DNA of 50,845 bases from Desulfobacteraceae bacterium (GTDB taxonomy: Bacteria > Desulfobacterota > DSM-4660 > Desulfatiglandales > HGW-15). Where the stretch lies: the NCBI GenBank assembly GCA_050050615.1, contig JASFTV010000001.1, forward strand, positions 1 to 50,845. The letters run 5' to 3'. Below, in pieces: positions 42,268 through 50,845 of this stretch. Every line of letters starts with the position of its first letter. Positions within the stretch are counted from its first letter, which is position 1. The notes under the pieces are model-generated. The model worked only from the letters and a program-made list of their open reading frames with translations, was not told the origin of the DNA and ran no database searches. The position numbers and the translations under genes were made by a program.

Positions 42268-44153
42268 CGGATGACAAAGAAAAGTACGCTATCCTGAGTT
42301 CCATCGACAGCCCAGCCGATCTAAAGGAATTGTCCATGGAAGACCTCGTACAATTGGCCTCAGAAGTCAGGCAAAAGATCATCGAAACCGTATCCAAAAC
42401 AGGCGGTCACCTGGCACCCAGTCTGGGTGTTGTGGAGCTGACCCTTGCCCTTCACTACGTGTTTGAAGCGCCGAAGGACAAGATCATATGGGACGTAGGC
42501 CACCAATCGTATGCGCATAAGCTGATCACGGGGCGAAGAGATCATTTTCACACCCTTCGGACTCACGGCGGTATCAGTGGTTTTCCGAAACGGGATGAGA
42601 GCCCCTATGACACGTTTGATACCGGACACAGCAGCACGTCCATTTCGGCCGGCCTAGGGATCAGCACGGCAAAGTGTCTTAAGGGAGAGAAGGGCCGGGT
42701 CATCTCAGTCATTGGTGATGGATCTACGACTGCGGGGATGGCCTTTGAAGGACTGAACCAGGCGGGGCATACAGAGAAGGACCTCATCGTGGTTTTGAAT
42801 GACAATGCCATGTCCATAGCCCCAAACGTGGGCGCCTTTTCATCCTTCTTGAGCCGAAGAATGACAGGTCGGCGCTTTGTCTACTTCCGGAGGGAGCTCG
42901 TTAATTTTCTGAAGTCGATTCCCGAGGTGGGCGAGAATATCCTGACTCTTGTCAGAAAAAGCGTGGATTCCTTTATCACCTTTTTTACGCCGGGCATGCT
43001 CTTTGAGGCGTTTAAGTTCAAGTATATCGGCCCCATACAGGGGCATCGCCTGGATTATCTCATCGAGACATTCCAGAACATCCAGCTCCTGGAAGGGCCT
43101 GTGCTGGTTCATGTCATGACCGTGAAAGGCAAGGGATACAAGCCTGCAGAAGATGATCCGGCTCACTACCACGGGGTCGGAACCTTTGAGATCACTACAG
43201 GCTCGCCTAGAAAGGGGTCTGCCGCAGCACCGACTTACACAGAAGTGTTTGGAGAGACGATGGTTGATCTCGGCAAGAAGGAAAAGAGACTGTTTGCCAT
43301 AACGGCAGCGATGCCGGAGGGCACGGGATTAAACAAGTTTGGTGAAGTCTACCCAGATCGGTTTGTGGATGTTGGTATTGCTGAACAGCATGCGGTCACC
43401 TTTGCAGCGGGCCTTGCCACAGAGGGTTTCAGGCCGGTGGTGGCTATTTATTCTACCTTCCTTCAGAGGGCTTTTGATCAGGTCATCCACGATGTCTGTC
43501 TTCCCATGCTGCCGGTGGTCTTTTGCCTTGACCGCGGCGGGCTTGTTGGCGAGGATGGCTCCACCCACCATGGCCACTTTGATGTGACCTACCTGAGAAA
43601 TTTGCCCAACATGACGTTGATGGCCCCCAAAGATGAAAATGAATTGAGACACATGCTTTACACGGCCTTAAAGCAGGCGGGTCCCGTGGCCATAAGGTAT
43701 CCAAGGGGAAGAGGCGCGGGTGTGCCTCTGGACCCCGGGTACAAGATCATTCCGATCGGGGAGTCCGAACTGCTAAAAGAGGGGAAGGACTTGATGATCA
43801 TGGCGTTGGGGAGCATGGTCTTGCCCTCATTGCAAGCAGCGGTACTTCTTGAAGAGGAAAGGTTCTCGGTGGGCGTGGTGAATTGTCGGTTTGTGAAACC
43901 CCTGGACAAAAAGCTCATGGTATATGCCCAAGCAACAGGCAAGGTGCTGATTGTTGAGGAGAACATCCGGCAAGGGGGGCTCAGTAGCGCCATACTGGAG
44001 CTTTTTAATGACCTGGATGTCCACGATGTCCGGATGAAAAGGATGGGCCTTCCTGATAAGTTCGTGGAACATGGCCCCGTGGACCTTCTCAGGGAGAAGT
44101 ATGGCCTGGATACATCAGGGATCGTGAAGGCAGCGAGGGCGTTCTGCAAATAG
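42264..44153 (+). CDS. dxs: 1-deoxy-D-xylulose-5-phosphate synthase
   Basis: 629 aa. The ATGA overlaps the ispA stop. Sequence includes [36 protein letters not shown] and [15 protein letters not shown]. Confidence 0.93.
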   Translation: MTDDKEKYAILSSIDSPADLKELSMEDLVQLASEVRQKIIETVSKTGGHLAPSLGVVELTLALHYVFEAPKDKIIWDVGHQSYAHKLITGRRDHFHTLRTHGGISGFPKRDESPYDTFDTGHSSTSISAGLGISTAKCLKGEKGRVISVIGDGSTTAGMAFEGLNQAGHTEKDLIVVLNDNAMSIAPNVGAFSSFLSRRMTGRRFVYFRRELVNFLKSIPEVGENILTLVRKSVDSFITFFTPGMLFEAFKFKYIGPIQGHRLDYLIETFQNIQLLEGPVLVHVMTVKGKGYKPAEDDPAHYHGVGTFEITTGSPRKGSAAAPTYTEVFGETMVDLGKKEKRLFAITAAMPEGTGLNKFGEVYPDRFVDVGIAEQHAVTFAAGLATEGFRPVVAIYSTFLQRAFDQVIHDVCLPMLPVVFCLDRGGLVGEDGSTHHGHFDVTYLRNLPNMTLMAPKDENELRHMLYTALKQAGPVAIRYPRGRGAGVPLDPGYKIIPIGESELLKEGKDLMIMALGSMVLPSLQAAVLLEEERFSVGVVNCRFVKPLDKKLMVYAQATGKVLIVEENIRQGGLSSAILELFNDLDVHDVRMKRMGLPDKFVEHGPVDLLREKYGLDTSGIVKAARAFCK

Positions 44154-44186
44154 CCCTTGATGTGACGAGACTCGTGCACCTGATGG

Positions 44187-44342
44187 CTAGTACTTAGTGG
44201 CATAAATAACTGTGTCATTTCGAAGGAACGAAGTGACTGAGAAATCTGTGAAAACACTGAGGAAGATTTCTCCCGGAGTTTACCCTAAGTCACTCGAAGG
44301 GGTCGAAATGACATAAGGCGGACTTCCGCAACTAAGTACTAG
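44187..44342. repeat. Complete 156-bp TIR-bounded palindromic element (MITE-like)
   Basis: The TIRs are CTAGTACTTAGTGGCATAAATAAC (44187-44210) and ...GCAACTAAGTACTAG (44328-44342). The inner arms are GTCATTTCGA / TCGAAATGAC. Other copies are at 1-104 (partial) and 47904-48105. Confidence 0.8.
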
Positions 44343-44346
44343 TATC

Positions 44347-44480
44347 GTGTCCCAGAAGTAACCTTAATATGTCGTTATAAGGATAGGAGGATTCATGGCA
44401 TTGAGACCCCCGGCGGCCGCTCAAACAGGCAAGTCTAACATCTGGCATGTCAAAAATTATTAAAGGTATTTCTGGGACAT
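44347..44480. repeat. Inverted repeat bracketing a strong Shine-Dalgarno and a 22-codon ORF
   Basis: The arms are GTGTCCCAGAAGTAACCTT (44347-44365) and AAGGTATTTCTGGGACAT (44463-44480), with a perfect 10-bp core. Between them lie GGATAGGAGG and an ATG at 44395, with the ORF running to 44463. Confidence 0.55.
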
Positions 44481-44577
44481 GGCCCTAGCACATCTCAACA
44501 CTTATGAACGATACTAACGCTTCGGGTCTGGAGGTTTTCCAGAAATTTCTAAAAGCAAGATAAGACTCGATCAGCTT

Positions 44578-45282
44578 TTGGTTCACAAGGGCCTGGCAGA
44601 GAGCCGCGAAAAGGCTAAAGGCATGATTATGGCAGGCCTTGTGGAGGTGGATAACGTCAGAATTGATAAAGCGGGACATCCTACCCCAGTCTCCTCGACC
44701 ATTTTCGTCAAGAAAGCGTTTCCTCACTATGTTAGCCGAGGTGGACTAAAACTCGAGGCGGCCCTCAAGGCGCTTTCCGTAGACGTTCGGGACAAGATTT
44801 TGCTGGACGTTGGTGCATCCACGGGCGGCTTCACGGACTGCCTGCTTCAGAAAGGGGCCAAAAAGGTCATTGCTGTAGACGTGGGATTTGGCCAGCTCCA
44901 TTGGAAGCTTCGCCAAGACCCGCGAGTCCAAATTCTCGAAAAGACAAATATCCGCCATCTGAAACCTCATGATGTGAAAGAGAAGATTGGAGGAGCGGTT
45001 ATCGATGTCTCCTTCATCTCCTTGAAACTGGTCATCCCTCCGGTCTCAGACCTCCTCACAGAAGATGCCTTTATCATCGCCCTGATTAAGCCGCAGTTCG
45101 AGGTGGGCAAGGGGCAGGTGGGCAAGGGAGGTGTGGTGCGCGATCCAACACTCCATGAGGAAGTGACCCATGACCTAAGCTGTTTTTTTGAGGGCCTAGG
45201 TTGGCGCGATATGGGACATGTCGCCTCCCCCATTTTGGGACCAAAAGGAAACCGGGAATTCTTTATCTATCTCAAAAGATAG
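44578..45282 (+). CDS. tlyA: TlyA-family 16S/23S rRNA (cytidine-2-prime-O)-methyltransferase; the true start is probably upstream (see findings)
   Basis: Sequence includes an S4-like (RLDQL)LVHKGLAESREKAKGMIMAG, then VSRGGLKLEAAL, DVGASTGGFTDCLL, DVGFGQLHWKLR and KPQFE. Coordinates are from the track (TTG start). Confidence 0.85.
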   Translation: MVHKGLAESREKAKGMIMAGLVEVDNVRIDKAGHPTPVSSTIFVKKAFPHYVSRGGLKLEAALKALSVDVRDKILLDVGASTGGFTDCLLQKGAKKVIAVDVGFGQLHWKLRQDPRVQILEKTNIRHLKPHDVKEKIGGAVIDVSFISLKLVIPPVSDLLTEDAFIIALIKPQFEVGKGQVGKGGVVRDPTLHEEVTHDLSCFFEGLGWRDMGHVASPILGPKGNREFFIYLKR

Positions 45283-45363
45283 GACAGACGTATCCCTTGT
45301 CAAAAATCAGACGACTCGAGGACTCCTGATTTCTGATGGAAAGTACTGCTGTATCCGAGGCTT

Positions 45364-45645
45364 TTAGCGGGCGCCGCGTTTCGAGGCCTTGAGGGGGTTT
45401 ATTTTCCCTTGTGCTTTGCCGTTGGCGGCTTTACTTAAATGGGTGGCCATGTTGCAGTTCCCTGTCCGCCACTTGATAGCGGGGTCAGGGAAGATAAGGC
45501 AGTAATCGCCCGCGGGAAATTCCTTGACTTTCTGACAACCGATGCACTGTTCGACGACAGGATGGCAACTCCCACCGTTAAACTGACACCCGTTTCTGTT
45601 CATGAAAAAGCATTCGACGCCTTGCTTTACCGTTCCGCAAACCAT
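45364..45645 (-). CDS. PxxKW-family cysteine-rich small protein
   Basis: Track ORF 45364-45780. ATG 45645 gives 93 aa: MVCGTVKQGVECFFMNRNGCQFNGGSCHPVVEQCIGCQ...DPAIKWRTGNCNMATH, with a basic tail. Confidence 0.65.
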   Translation of the reverse strand: MVCGTVKQGVECFFMNRNGCQFNGGSCHPVVEQCIGCQKVKEFPAGDYCLIFPDPAIKWRTGNCNMATHLSKAANGKAQGKINPLKASKRGAR

Positions 45646-46500
45646 GGGTATCACATCCTTTCTTAAGAGATTGTGAGCAAGAGAGGCTTTATGCCTCAAC
45701 ACATAAAAAATGTCAAGAGGAAAGGATAAACACGATTTAGATTTTGTCAATTCACGAAATGCCGGAAAACCGCTTGCCAACGCCTGGAAGTGGCTGGCAA
45801 GCGCCTGGGAGAGCCGGATCCAGAGAGGTAGGTGGGCCGCTTTTCTCCCTCCGGGCCGTAGGCCCTATGGGCCGGAGGCTTGGCCGCATCTAAGGTGTGA
45901 CGGGGCGGCGAACTTATAGGATGTGGGGCTAGGGGCGGGGCACAGGGCGCAAGGGGATTTGATCTGCTTTTATTTTCAGAGAAACACTTTCCACTGATGG
46001 AGGAACAGATTTCAACGGTCAGGGATTTTCTGAAGAGACAATGATCGTGGATTTTTCTTGACAATATTTTGGCTTTTTTCTAGCCATGAAACAGCTAAAA
46101 TCATGGGACGCCGCTTATACCAACCATAGAAATCCCTTGTTGATACGGGTCAAATTAAGATCATCTTAGCAAAGGCTTTTCATCCTAAGAGGCTTGAGCG
46201 TTGAAATACTCTAGGCGCCCGCCAGGAATAGAAAAAGCAGGGAATTCCCCTCCGATTTGCGCCCCTGGATATGATGCCTCTACCTCGAAGAAAAGCCCGA
46301 CTCACCCGATCTGCAACCAAAATAAGAACGCTCACCGCACTGAAGAAATTCCTGGACATGGCATTATAGAAAGGAAAGGCATCATTTTGGGATCTCTATG
46401 CCATGGAACATAAGATCGGTGATGAGTTGATGACCAAATCATTAGCAAATCATTAGACAGATTGAAAACAGACTGTGAGGGCTAAAAGGAGGTAATCGAT

Positions 46501-47841
46501 ATGGCGGAGCAAAAGAAATATTGGAACGAGAAAATGGAAACACTGTCTCCGGATGAATTCACGAAAGTCCAAGGAGAAGCCCTTTTGAAGGAGTTGAAGT
46601 ATGTTTGGGAGAACTCTGTATTTTATCAAGAAAAGTTCCGCGACGCAGGCATCGCGTTGGGAGATATAAAAGGGCTCGATGACCTGAAAAAACTTCCTTT
46701 TACAGAAAAACATGAAATCAGAGAGAGTCTCGCTGCGGCGCCACCTTTGGGAAAGCATGCCGCAGTCGATATGGGAAAGGTGATAAGAGTATATTCCACA
46801 AGTGGGACGACAGGCACTCCAACTTATATTGGACTTACTTCCCACGACAGGGACGTCTGGATGGAAACCGCCAGGAGGGCCATGTGGACCTGCGGAATGC
46901 GTCCCCATCATGTCGTCCCTCTTCCCATAGGGACATTTTTTATAGCGGCATCTTACGGTGAAGCGATAGAAAACCTCGGCTCAACACTCGTACCTGTTGG
47001 CGTTGGAGCTACGGATAGATTTATTGGGGCTGTGAAAAACCTGGGAGCCAACTTCGTCTTGTCCACGGCTTCGTTTCCCCTTTATCTCATGACTTATTAT
47101 CAAAAAAAGGGTATGGACGCGAAAGATCTTGGCATCAAAGGATTTATGGTCGGTGGCGAACCAGGGGGTGGCATTCCTCATATTCGGAAGAAGATAGAGG
47201 ACGCATTCGGGGCCAATGTCCAAGAGTGCATGGGCAACGGGGATATGCTTGGGCTCATGTGGGGCGAGTGCGAATACAAAAACGGTATGCATTTTGTAGG
47301 GCAAGGGTCATGCCACCCTGAAATCATAGACCCTGAAACCGGAGAAGTGTTAGAGATAAGTGAAGGCCTCACAGGTGAGCTGGTCTACACATCTATTGAT
47401 AGGGAGTGCCAGCCATTGATCCGTTTCAGGACCCGAGACCATGTGATTGTGACGCAGACCGAATGTGAATGCGGGCGAACAGGGTATTGCATAAAATGTA
47501 TCGGCCGAACTGACGACATGCTCATTGTATCCGGAGTCAATGTCTATCCCTCTGCCATAAGGGATGTCATAGGTACTTTGTCGCCAAGAGTTACCGGGGA
47601 GATTCTTATTCAACTGGATGAGCCGCCGCCCTCCGTGACTCCCCCCATGAAGATCAAGGTGGAGCACAGCACTGAGCCGGGGGATCTGGCGGTGCTTAAG
47701 TGGGATGTTGAGAACTTACTGCGGGAAAAGCTCATTTTCAGCTCCGCAGTAGAACTTGTGCCCGCTGGAACCCTGCCAAAATACGAATACAAGGCGCAAC
47801 TTGTCGAAAAAACCTATGAAAAGAAAAGCGGAAACCGTTGA
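46501..47841 (+). CDS. Phenylacetate-CoA ligase family protein (PaaK-like adenylate-forming enzyme)
   Basis: 446 aa. AAAGGAGG lies 8 nt before the ATG. Sequence includes YWNEKMETLSPDE...FYQEKFRDAGI...LPFTEKHEIRE...YSTSGTTGTPTY. Confidence 0.85.
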   Translation: MAEQKKYWNEKMETLSPDEFTKVQGEALLKELKYVWENSVFYQEKFRDAGIALGDIKGLDDLKKLPFTEKHEIRESLAAAPPLGKHAAVDMGKVIRVYSTSGTTGTPTYIGLTSHDRDVWMETARRAMWTCGMRPHHVVPLPIGTFFIAASYGEAIENLGSTLVPVGVGATDRFIGAVKNLGANFVLSTASFPLYLMTYYQKKGMDAKDLGIKGFMVGGEPGGGIPHIRKKIEDAFGANVQECMGNGDMLGLMWGECEYKNGMHFVGQGSCHPEIIDPETGEVLEISEGLTGELVYTSIDRECQPLIRFRTRDHVIVTQTECECGRTGYCIKCIGRTDDMLIVSGVNVYPSAIRDVIGTLSPRVTGEILIQLDEPPPSVTPPMKIKVEHSTEPGDLAVLKWDVENLLREKLIFSSAVELVPAGTLPKYEYKAQLVEKTYEKKSGNR

Positions 47842-47903
47842 TATTGTTTGTTGTGAGTGATAGGGTGGACTGAAAAATATTTTCACGGGCAAGGGTAGGC
47901 GAT

Positions 47904-48105
47904 ACTAGTACCTAGCGGCATAAAAACCCGTCACTATTCTGGCATGTCATTGCGAGCCCTTCGATGGACTCAGGATAAACTCTGCGAAGCAATCTCGAGG
48001 TTGGAAAGCCCATGATTCTGGCATGTTAGGACGAGATTGCCTCGTCGCCTTCGGCTCCTCGCAATGACATTGTAATACCGTTGACTTATGCAACTAAGTA
48101 CTAGT
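47904..48105. repeat. 202-bp composite palindromic element: the TIRs of the 44187 family with an inner module shared with 9151-9290
   Basis: The TIRs are ACTAGTACCTAGCGGCATAAAAAC (47904-47927) and TTATGCAACTAAGTACTAGT (48086-48105). The inner arms are GTCATTGCGAG (47946-47956) and CTCGCAATGAC (48058-48068). Confidence 0.8.
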
Positions 48106-48162
48106 CTTTTTTCGAGGTTATAAGCTATATGTAGAAACAGAGGAATGGATCGAGGGGGAAAC

Positions 48163-49083
48163 ATGAGCAAGAGAATTATTACAGCGGCTATCACAGGAAG
48201 CATTCACACTCCGACCATGTCGCCTTATCTGCCGATTACACAAGCGCAGATCATAGATGAAATTCTGGCGGTTCATGAAGCAGGCGGGACAGTGTGTCAT
48301 CTCCATGTGAGAGATCCCAAGACAGGCCAGCCGGTTACTGATCTGGACATCTTCCGAGAGATTGCCAGCACCGTAAAAAGCAAATGTGATATTATTCTGT
48401 GCTTGACCACTGGAGGCGGTTTAGGGATGTCTGCCGAGGAACGTGTACAAACAGTTAGTAAATTCAGTCCTGAGCTCGCATCTTTCAATGCAGGTTCCGT
48501 GAACTTTGCCTTGTTCCACGTCATGGACAAGTGGAAGGACTGGAAGTACGCCTGGGAGACAAAGTATCTCGGAATGACTGAGGATTTCGTTTTTACGAAC
48601 ACCTTCAAAACACTACGTGAGTTCTGCGAGTTCTTCAGCAAGAATGACACAAAACCGGAGCTTGAGGTTTATGATGCAGGAATGATCAACAATATTGCCC
48701 ACCTGATTCAGAGTGGGTATCTCAAGAAACCCGTTTATATTCAGTTTGTCATGGGTGTTCTCGGCGGAATTACCCCGAGCCCTGAGAATCTGCTTTTTTT
48801 GGTCGACTATGCCAGGAGGTTGATTGGAGATTTTGAGTTCTCTGTAGCCGTTGCGGGCCGAGCTCAGTTTCCTATTTGTACGCAGTCTTTGCTTCTTGGT
48901 GGCCATGTGCGCGTGGGCTTAGAGGACAACCTTTATTTGGAAAGGGGCGTCATGGCCAAGAGTAATGCGGAGCAGGTGGGAAAGATGATACGGATTGCCA
49001 GGGAGCTGGGTTTGGATCCTGCCACTCCTGATGAAGGCAGAGAAATCTTGGGGTTAAAGGGCCTGGATAAGGTGGCATATTAG
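48163..49083 (+). CDS. BKACE-family enzyme (3-keto-5-aminohexanoate cleavage enzyme-like, DUF849)
   Basis: Track ORF 48145-49083. ATG 48163 follows GAGGGGGA. Sequence includes IITAAITGSIHTP...EAGGTVCHLHVRDPKTGQP...CLTTGGG. Confidence 0.82.
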   Translation: MSKRIITAAITGSIHTPTMSPYLPITQAQIIDEILAVHEAGGTVCHLHVRDPKTGQPVTDLDIFREIASTVKSKCDIILCLTTGGGLGMSAEERVQTVSKFSPELASFNAGSVNFALFHVMDKWKDWKYAWETKYLGMTEDFVFTNTFKTLREFCEFFSKNDTKPELEVYDAGMINNIAHLIQSGYLKKPVYIQFVMGVLGGITPSPENLLFLVDYARRLIGDFEFSVAVAGRAQFPICTQSLLLGGHVRVGLEDNLYLERGVMAKSNAEQVGKMIRIARELGLDPATPDEGREILGLKGLDKVAY

Positions 49084-49240
49084 AAGGCAACAGCAAAGCG
49101 TTTAGCAACAGCGGAACAAGCAGCCTCTGAAGGTCCCCTGGATCAAGTTACAAAAAGAGCCATCACCTTCTGTCTGTTCTTTGGATCGCAGGTTTGGCGG
49201 TGCTACCTTGAAGAAGCAAATAGGGAATGAGGACAAGACA

Positions 49241-49990
49241 ATGCCCTCTCAACCATTGGTCCTTGAAACAAAGAGCCTGACCAAGGACTTCGGAGCTTTG
49301 AAAGCGGTTGACAGCGTGAACTTAAAGCTCAGCGGGGGGGTTCATTCAATTATCGGACCTAACGGAGCAGGAAAAACCACCCTGTTCAACCTCCTTACTG
49401 GATTTCTGAAGCCGACTGCTGGAGAGATTTTTTACCTTGGAAACAAAATCAGCGACTTACCGCCTTACCAGATTTCTCAAATGGGGATGGCCCGGTCTTT
49501 TCAAATTACGAGCATTTTCCCTGATCTCAGCGTATACGAAAATGTGCGCATAGCCGTTCAATCGAGACTAAAGGCTTCCTATAATTTCTTGATGTCATTT
49601 AAGAGCTTGGAAAGAGCGGATCAAAAGACCGAGAAGGTTTTAGAGCAAGTAGGCCTGCTGGATGCCGCTGATGCAAAGGCGAAAAACCTCTCATATGGTT
49701 TGCAGAGGGGGCTGGATATCGGGATATCTCTGGCGACTGACCCCGAGTTGATTCTTCTAGATGAGCCTACTTCTGGCATGGACCGAAAGGATTCAAAGCA
49801 GGTCATTCAATTGATTTCGGATATTTCAGAGAGAGTCCCTGTTCTCCTCATTGAACATAATATCGATGTCGTGCTGTCCATTTCAGATATTGTCACGGTA
49901 ATGTACCAGGGAATTATACTTGCAGAGGGTACACCCTCTGAGATCCAACAAAACGAGAGAGTGCAAGAGGCTTACTTGGGAGGGTTTTAG
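49241..49990 (+). CDS. livG: Branched-chain amino-acid-type ABC transporter ATP-binding protein (LivG-like)
   Basis: Track ORF 49181-49990; the ATG is at 49241. Sequence includes GPNGAGKTT, LSYGLQR, LLDEPTSGM and the C-terminal VQEAYLG. Confidence 0.8.
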   Translation: MPSQPLVLETKSLTKDFGALKAVDSVNLKLSGGVHSIIGPNGAGKTTLFNLLTGFLKPTAGEIFYLGNKISDLPPYQISQMGMARSFQITSIFPDLSVYENVRIAVQSRLKASYNFLMSFKSLERADQKTEKVLEQVGLLDAADAKAKNLSYGLQRGLDIGISLATDPELILLDEPTSGMDRKDSKQVIQLISDISERVPVLLIEHNIDVVLSISDIVTVMYQGIILAEGTPSEIQQNERVQEAYLGGF

Positions 49991-49991
49991 A

Positions 49992-50687
49992 GTGCTTTCT
50001 CTTCAAGACGTGCATTCGTATTATGGAGACAGCCATATCCTCAAGGGTGTGTCTTTCGAATTAGAAACGGGCGAGCTCGCTACTCTCTTAGGGCGTAATG
50101 GCGCTGGGAAAAGCACGACCTTGAAAAGCATCATGGGTCTTGTAAGTTCTAAACACGGCGGTGTCTTCTTTGACAATGAGGATATCTCCCGCCTGAAACC
50201 TTATCAAATTGCTTCATTGGGAGTGGGCTACGTACCTGAGGAAAGGGCGGTATTTCCAAGCCTCTCCGTCTTGGAGAATCTCTGTCTCCCTGCGAAGAAG
50301 AACAGACCCCGGCTCTGGGATATGGAGAAGATCTACAGCTACTTTCCAATTCTAGAACGAAGAGTTTATCAGAAAGGATCACAGCTCTCAGGCGGTGAAC
50401 AGCAGATGCTGGCCATTGCTCGGGTTCTCACCATGGAGGTCAGGTTGATACTCATGGATGAACCCACAGAAGGACTGGCGCCGGTTCTAGTTCGGGAGAT
50501 AAGTGAAATACTCAAGGAGATAAAAAAGAGCGGTATTACAGTTCTTTTGGTGGAGCAGAATACCCGATTCGCTGTGGGCGTTGCTGACAGACATCATATT
50601 CTCTATGAGGGAAAGATCGCTTATCAGGCCGCCAATGAGAAGTTTCAGGCAGACAAGGAAATACAAACCAAGTATCTCGGAGTCTGA
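49992..50687 (+). CDS. livF: Branched-chain amino-acid-type ABC transporter ATP-binding protein (LivF-like)
   Basis: Track ORF 49920-50687. GTG 49992 lies 1 nt after the livG stop. Sequence includes GRNGAGKST, LSGGEQQMLAI, LMDEPTEGLAP and the C-terminal TKYLG. Confidence 0.8.
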   Translation: MLSLQDVHSYYGDSHILKGVSFELETGELATLLGRNGAGKSTTLKSIMGLVSSKHGGVFFDNEDISRLKPYQIASLGVGYVPEERAVFPSLSVLENLCLPAKKNRPRLWDMEKIYSYFPILERRVYQKGSQLSGGEQQMLAIARVLTMEVRLILMDEPTEGLAPVLVREISEILKEIKKSGITVLLVEQNTRFAVGVADRHHILYEGKIAYQAANEKFQADKEIQTKYLGV

Positions 50688-50845
50688 TACGGATTTCCTC
50701 TGTGTGCAGAGCCAGCGTGTTTCACGTTGGAACGCAACGTAGCACCCGAGATTTGAACAGCACATGGGAATTACTAAGGAGAACATTTTCTGCTCGACGC
50801 AACTCCATGTCGAGTCCTTAAAGTACACATTGGTCGATTTCTGAT

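Noticed and set aside
45747-46064. Track ORFs 45710-45919 (+) and 45747-46064 (-)
   Set aside because: They are translations of GC-rich hairpin DNA upstream of the PxxKW gene, with Pro/Arg/Ala-rich low-complexity sequence.
47970-48306. Track ORFs 47970-48203 (-) and 48118-48306 (-)
   Set aside because: The first is largely the 47904-48105 repeat. The second is antisense to the BKACE gene start.
50487-50828. 113-aa minus-strand ORF at the window end
   Set aside because: It mostly overlaps the LivF-like gene in antisense, and it has an unconvincing composition with no Shine-Dalgarno.

Overview
Hand analysis only; I could not run BLAST, HMM searches or RNA folding. Product calls rest on motifs I recognise in the supplied translations. 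Coordinates of non-ORF features were counted by eye and may be off by 1-2 nt. The window is a densely coding 50.8-kb chromosomal segment of roughly 50% GC by eye. Its gene content (sigma-54 activator, HD-GYP, DUF4388, PxxKW Cys-rich protein, TRAP transporter, PaaK-like ligase) suggests an anaerobic Desulfobacterota/deltaproteobacterium-like organism; this is inference only. I support about 45 CDS, in these blocks. (i) 1.4-8.9 kb: a minus-strand sugar-acid operon, rpiR / dctQMP / RraA-like / kdgK / 2-hydroxyacid dehydrogenase / eda. (ii) 9.3-13.7 kb: poorly characterised genes (HEAT-repeat membrane protein, acyltransferase-like ORF, TraB/GumN, a 106-aa GIY-YIG-like ORF). (iii) 14-19.2 kb: an rfaE-domain-II-like gene, comF, ykgJ, and a DEAD-helicase/DUF1998/exonuclease fusion with a translationally coupled 109-aa ORF. 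(iv) ABC-F ATPase, acyl-CoA synthetase, tatA, purM, a DUF4388 protein and a rhomboid protease. (v) 29-35.8 kb: a five-gene signalling cluster (NtrC-like activator, pseudo-receiver, RR-HD-GYP, sensor kinase, hybrid RR-kinase). (vi) A DUF4301/DUF368 pair. (vii) xseA-M23-xseB-ispA-dxs and tlyA. (viii) PaaK-like ligase, BKACE enzyme and livG/livF-like ATPases. I recognised no rRNA, tRNA, CRISPR array, integrase or transposase, and no classical defence or mobile island. Intergenic DNA is unusually rich in modular palindromic repeats, and these explain many of the short track ORFs. The best novelty candidates are four. First, a near-identical ~60-nt upstream block shared by the GIY-YIG-like gene and the helicase-exonuclease operon 6 kb away, split in one copy by a ~200-nt structured insert. 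Second, the fused MrfA/MrfB-like helicase-exonuclease and its small partner ORF. Third, a triple perfect palindrome CTATCA-N3-TGATAG with a sigma-54 promoter organising the signalling cluster. Fourth, a rhomboid protease with a DnaJ-C-terminal-like tail. All functional interpretations are hypotheses.
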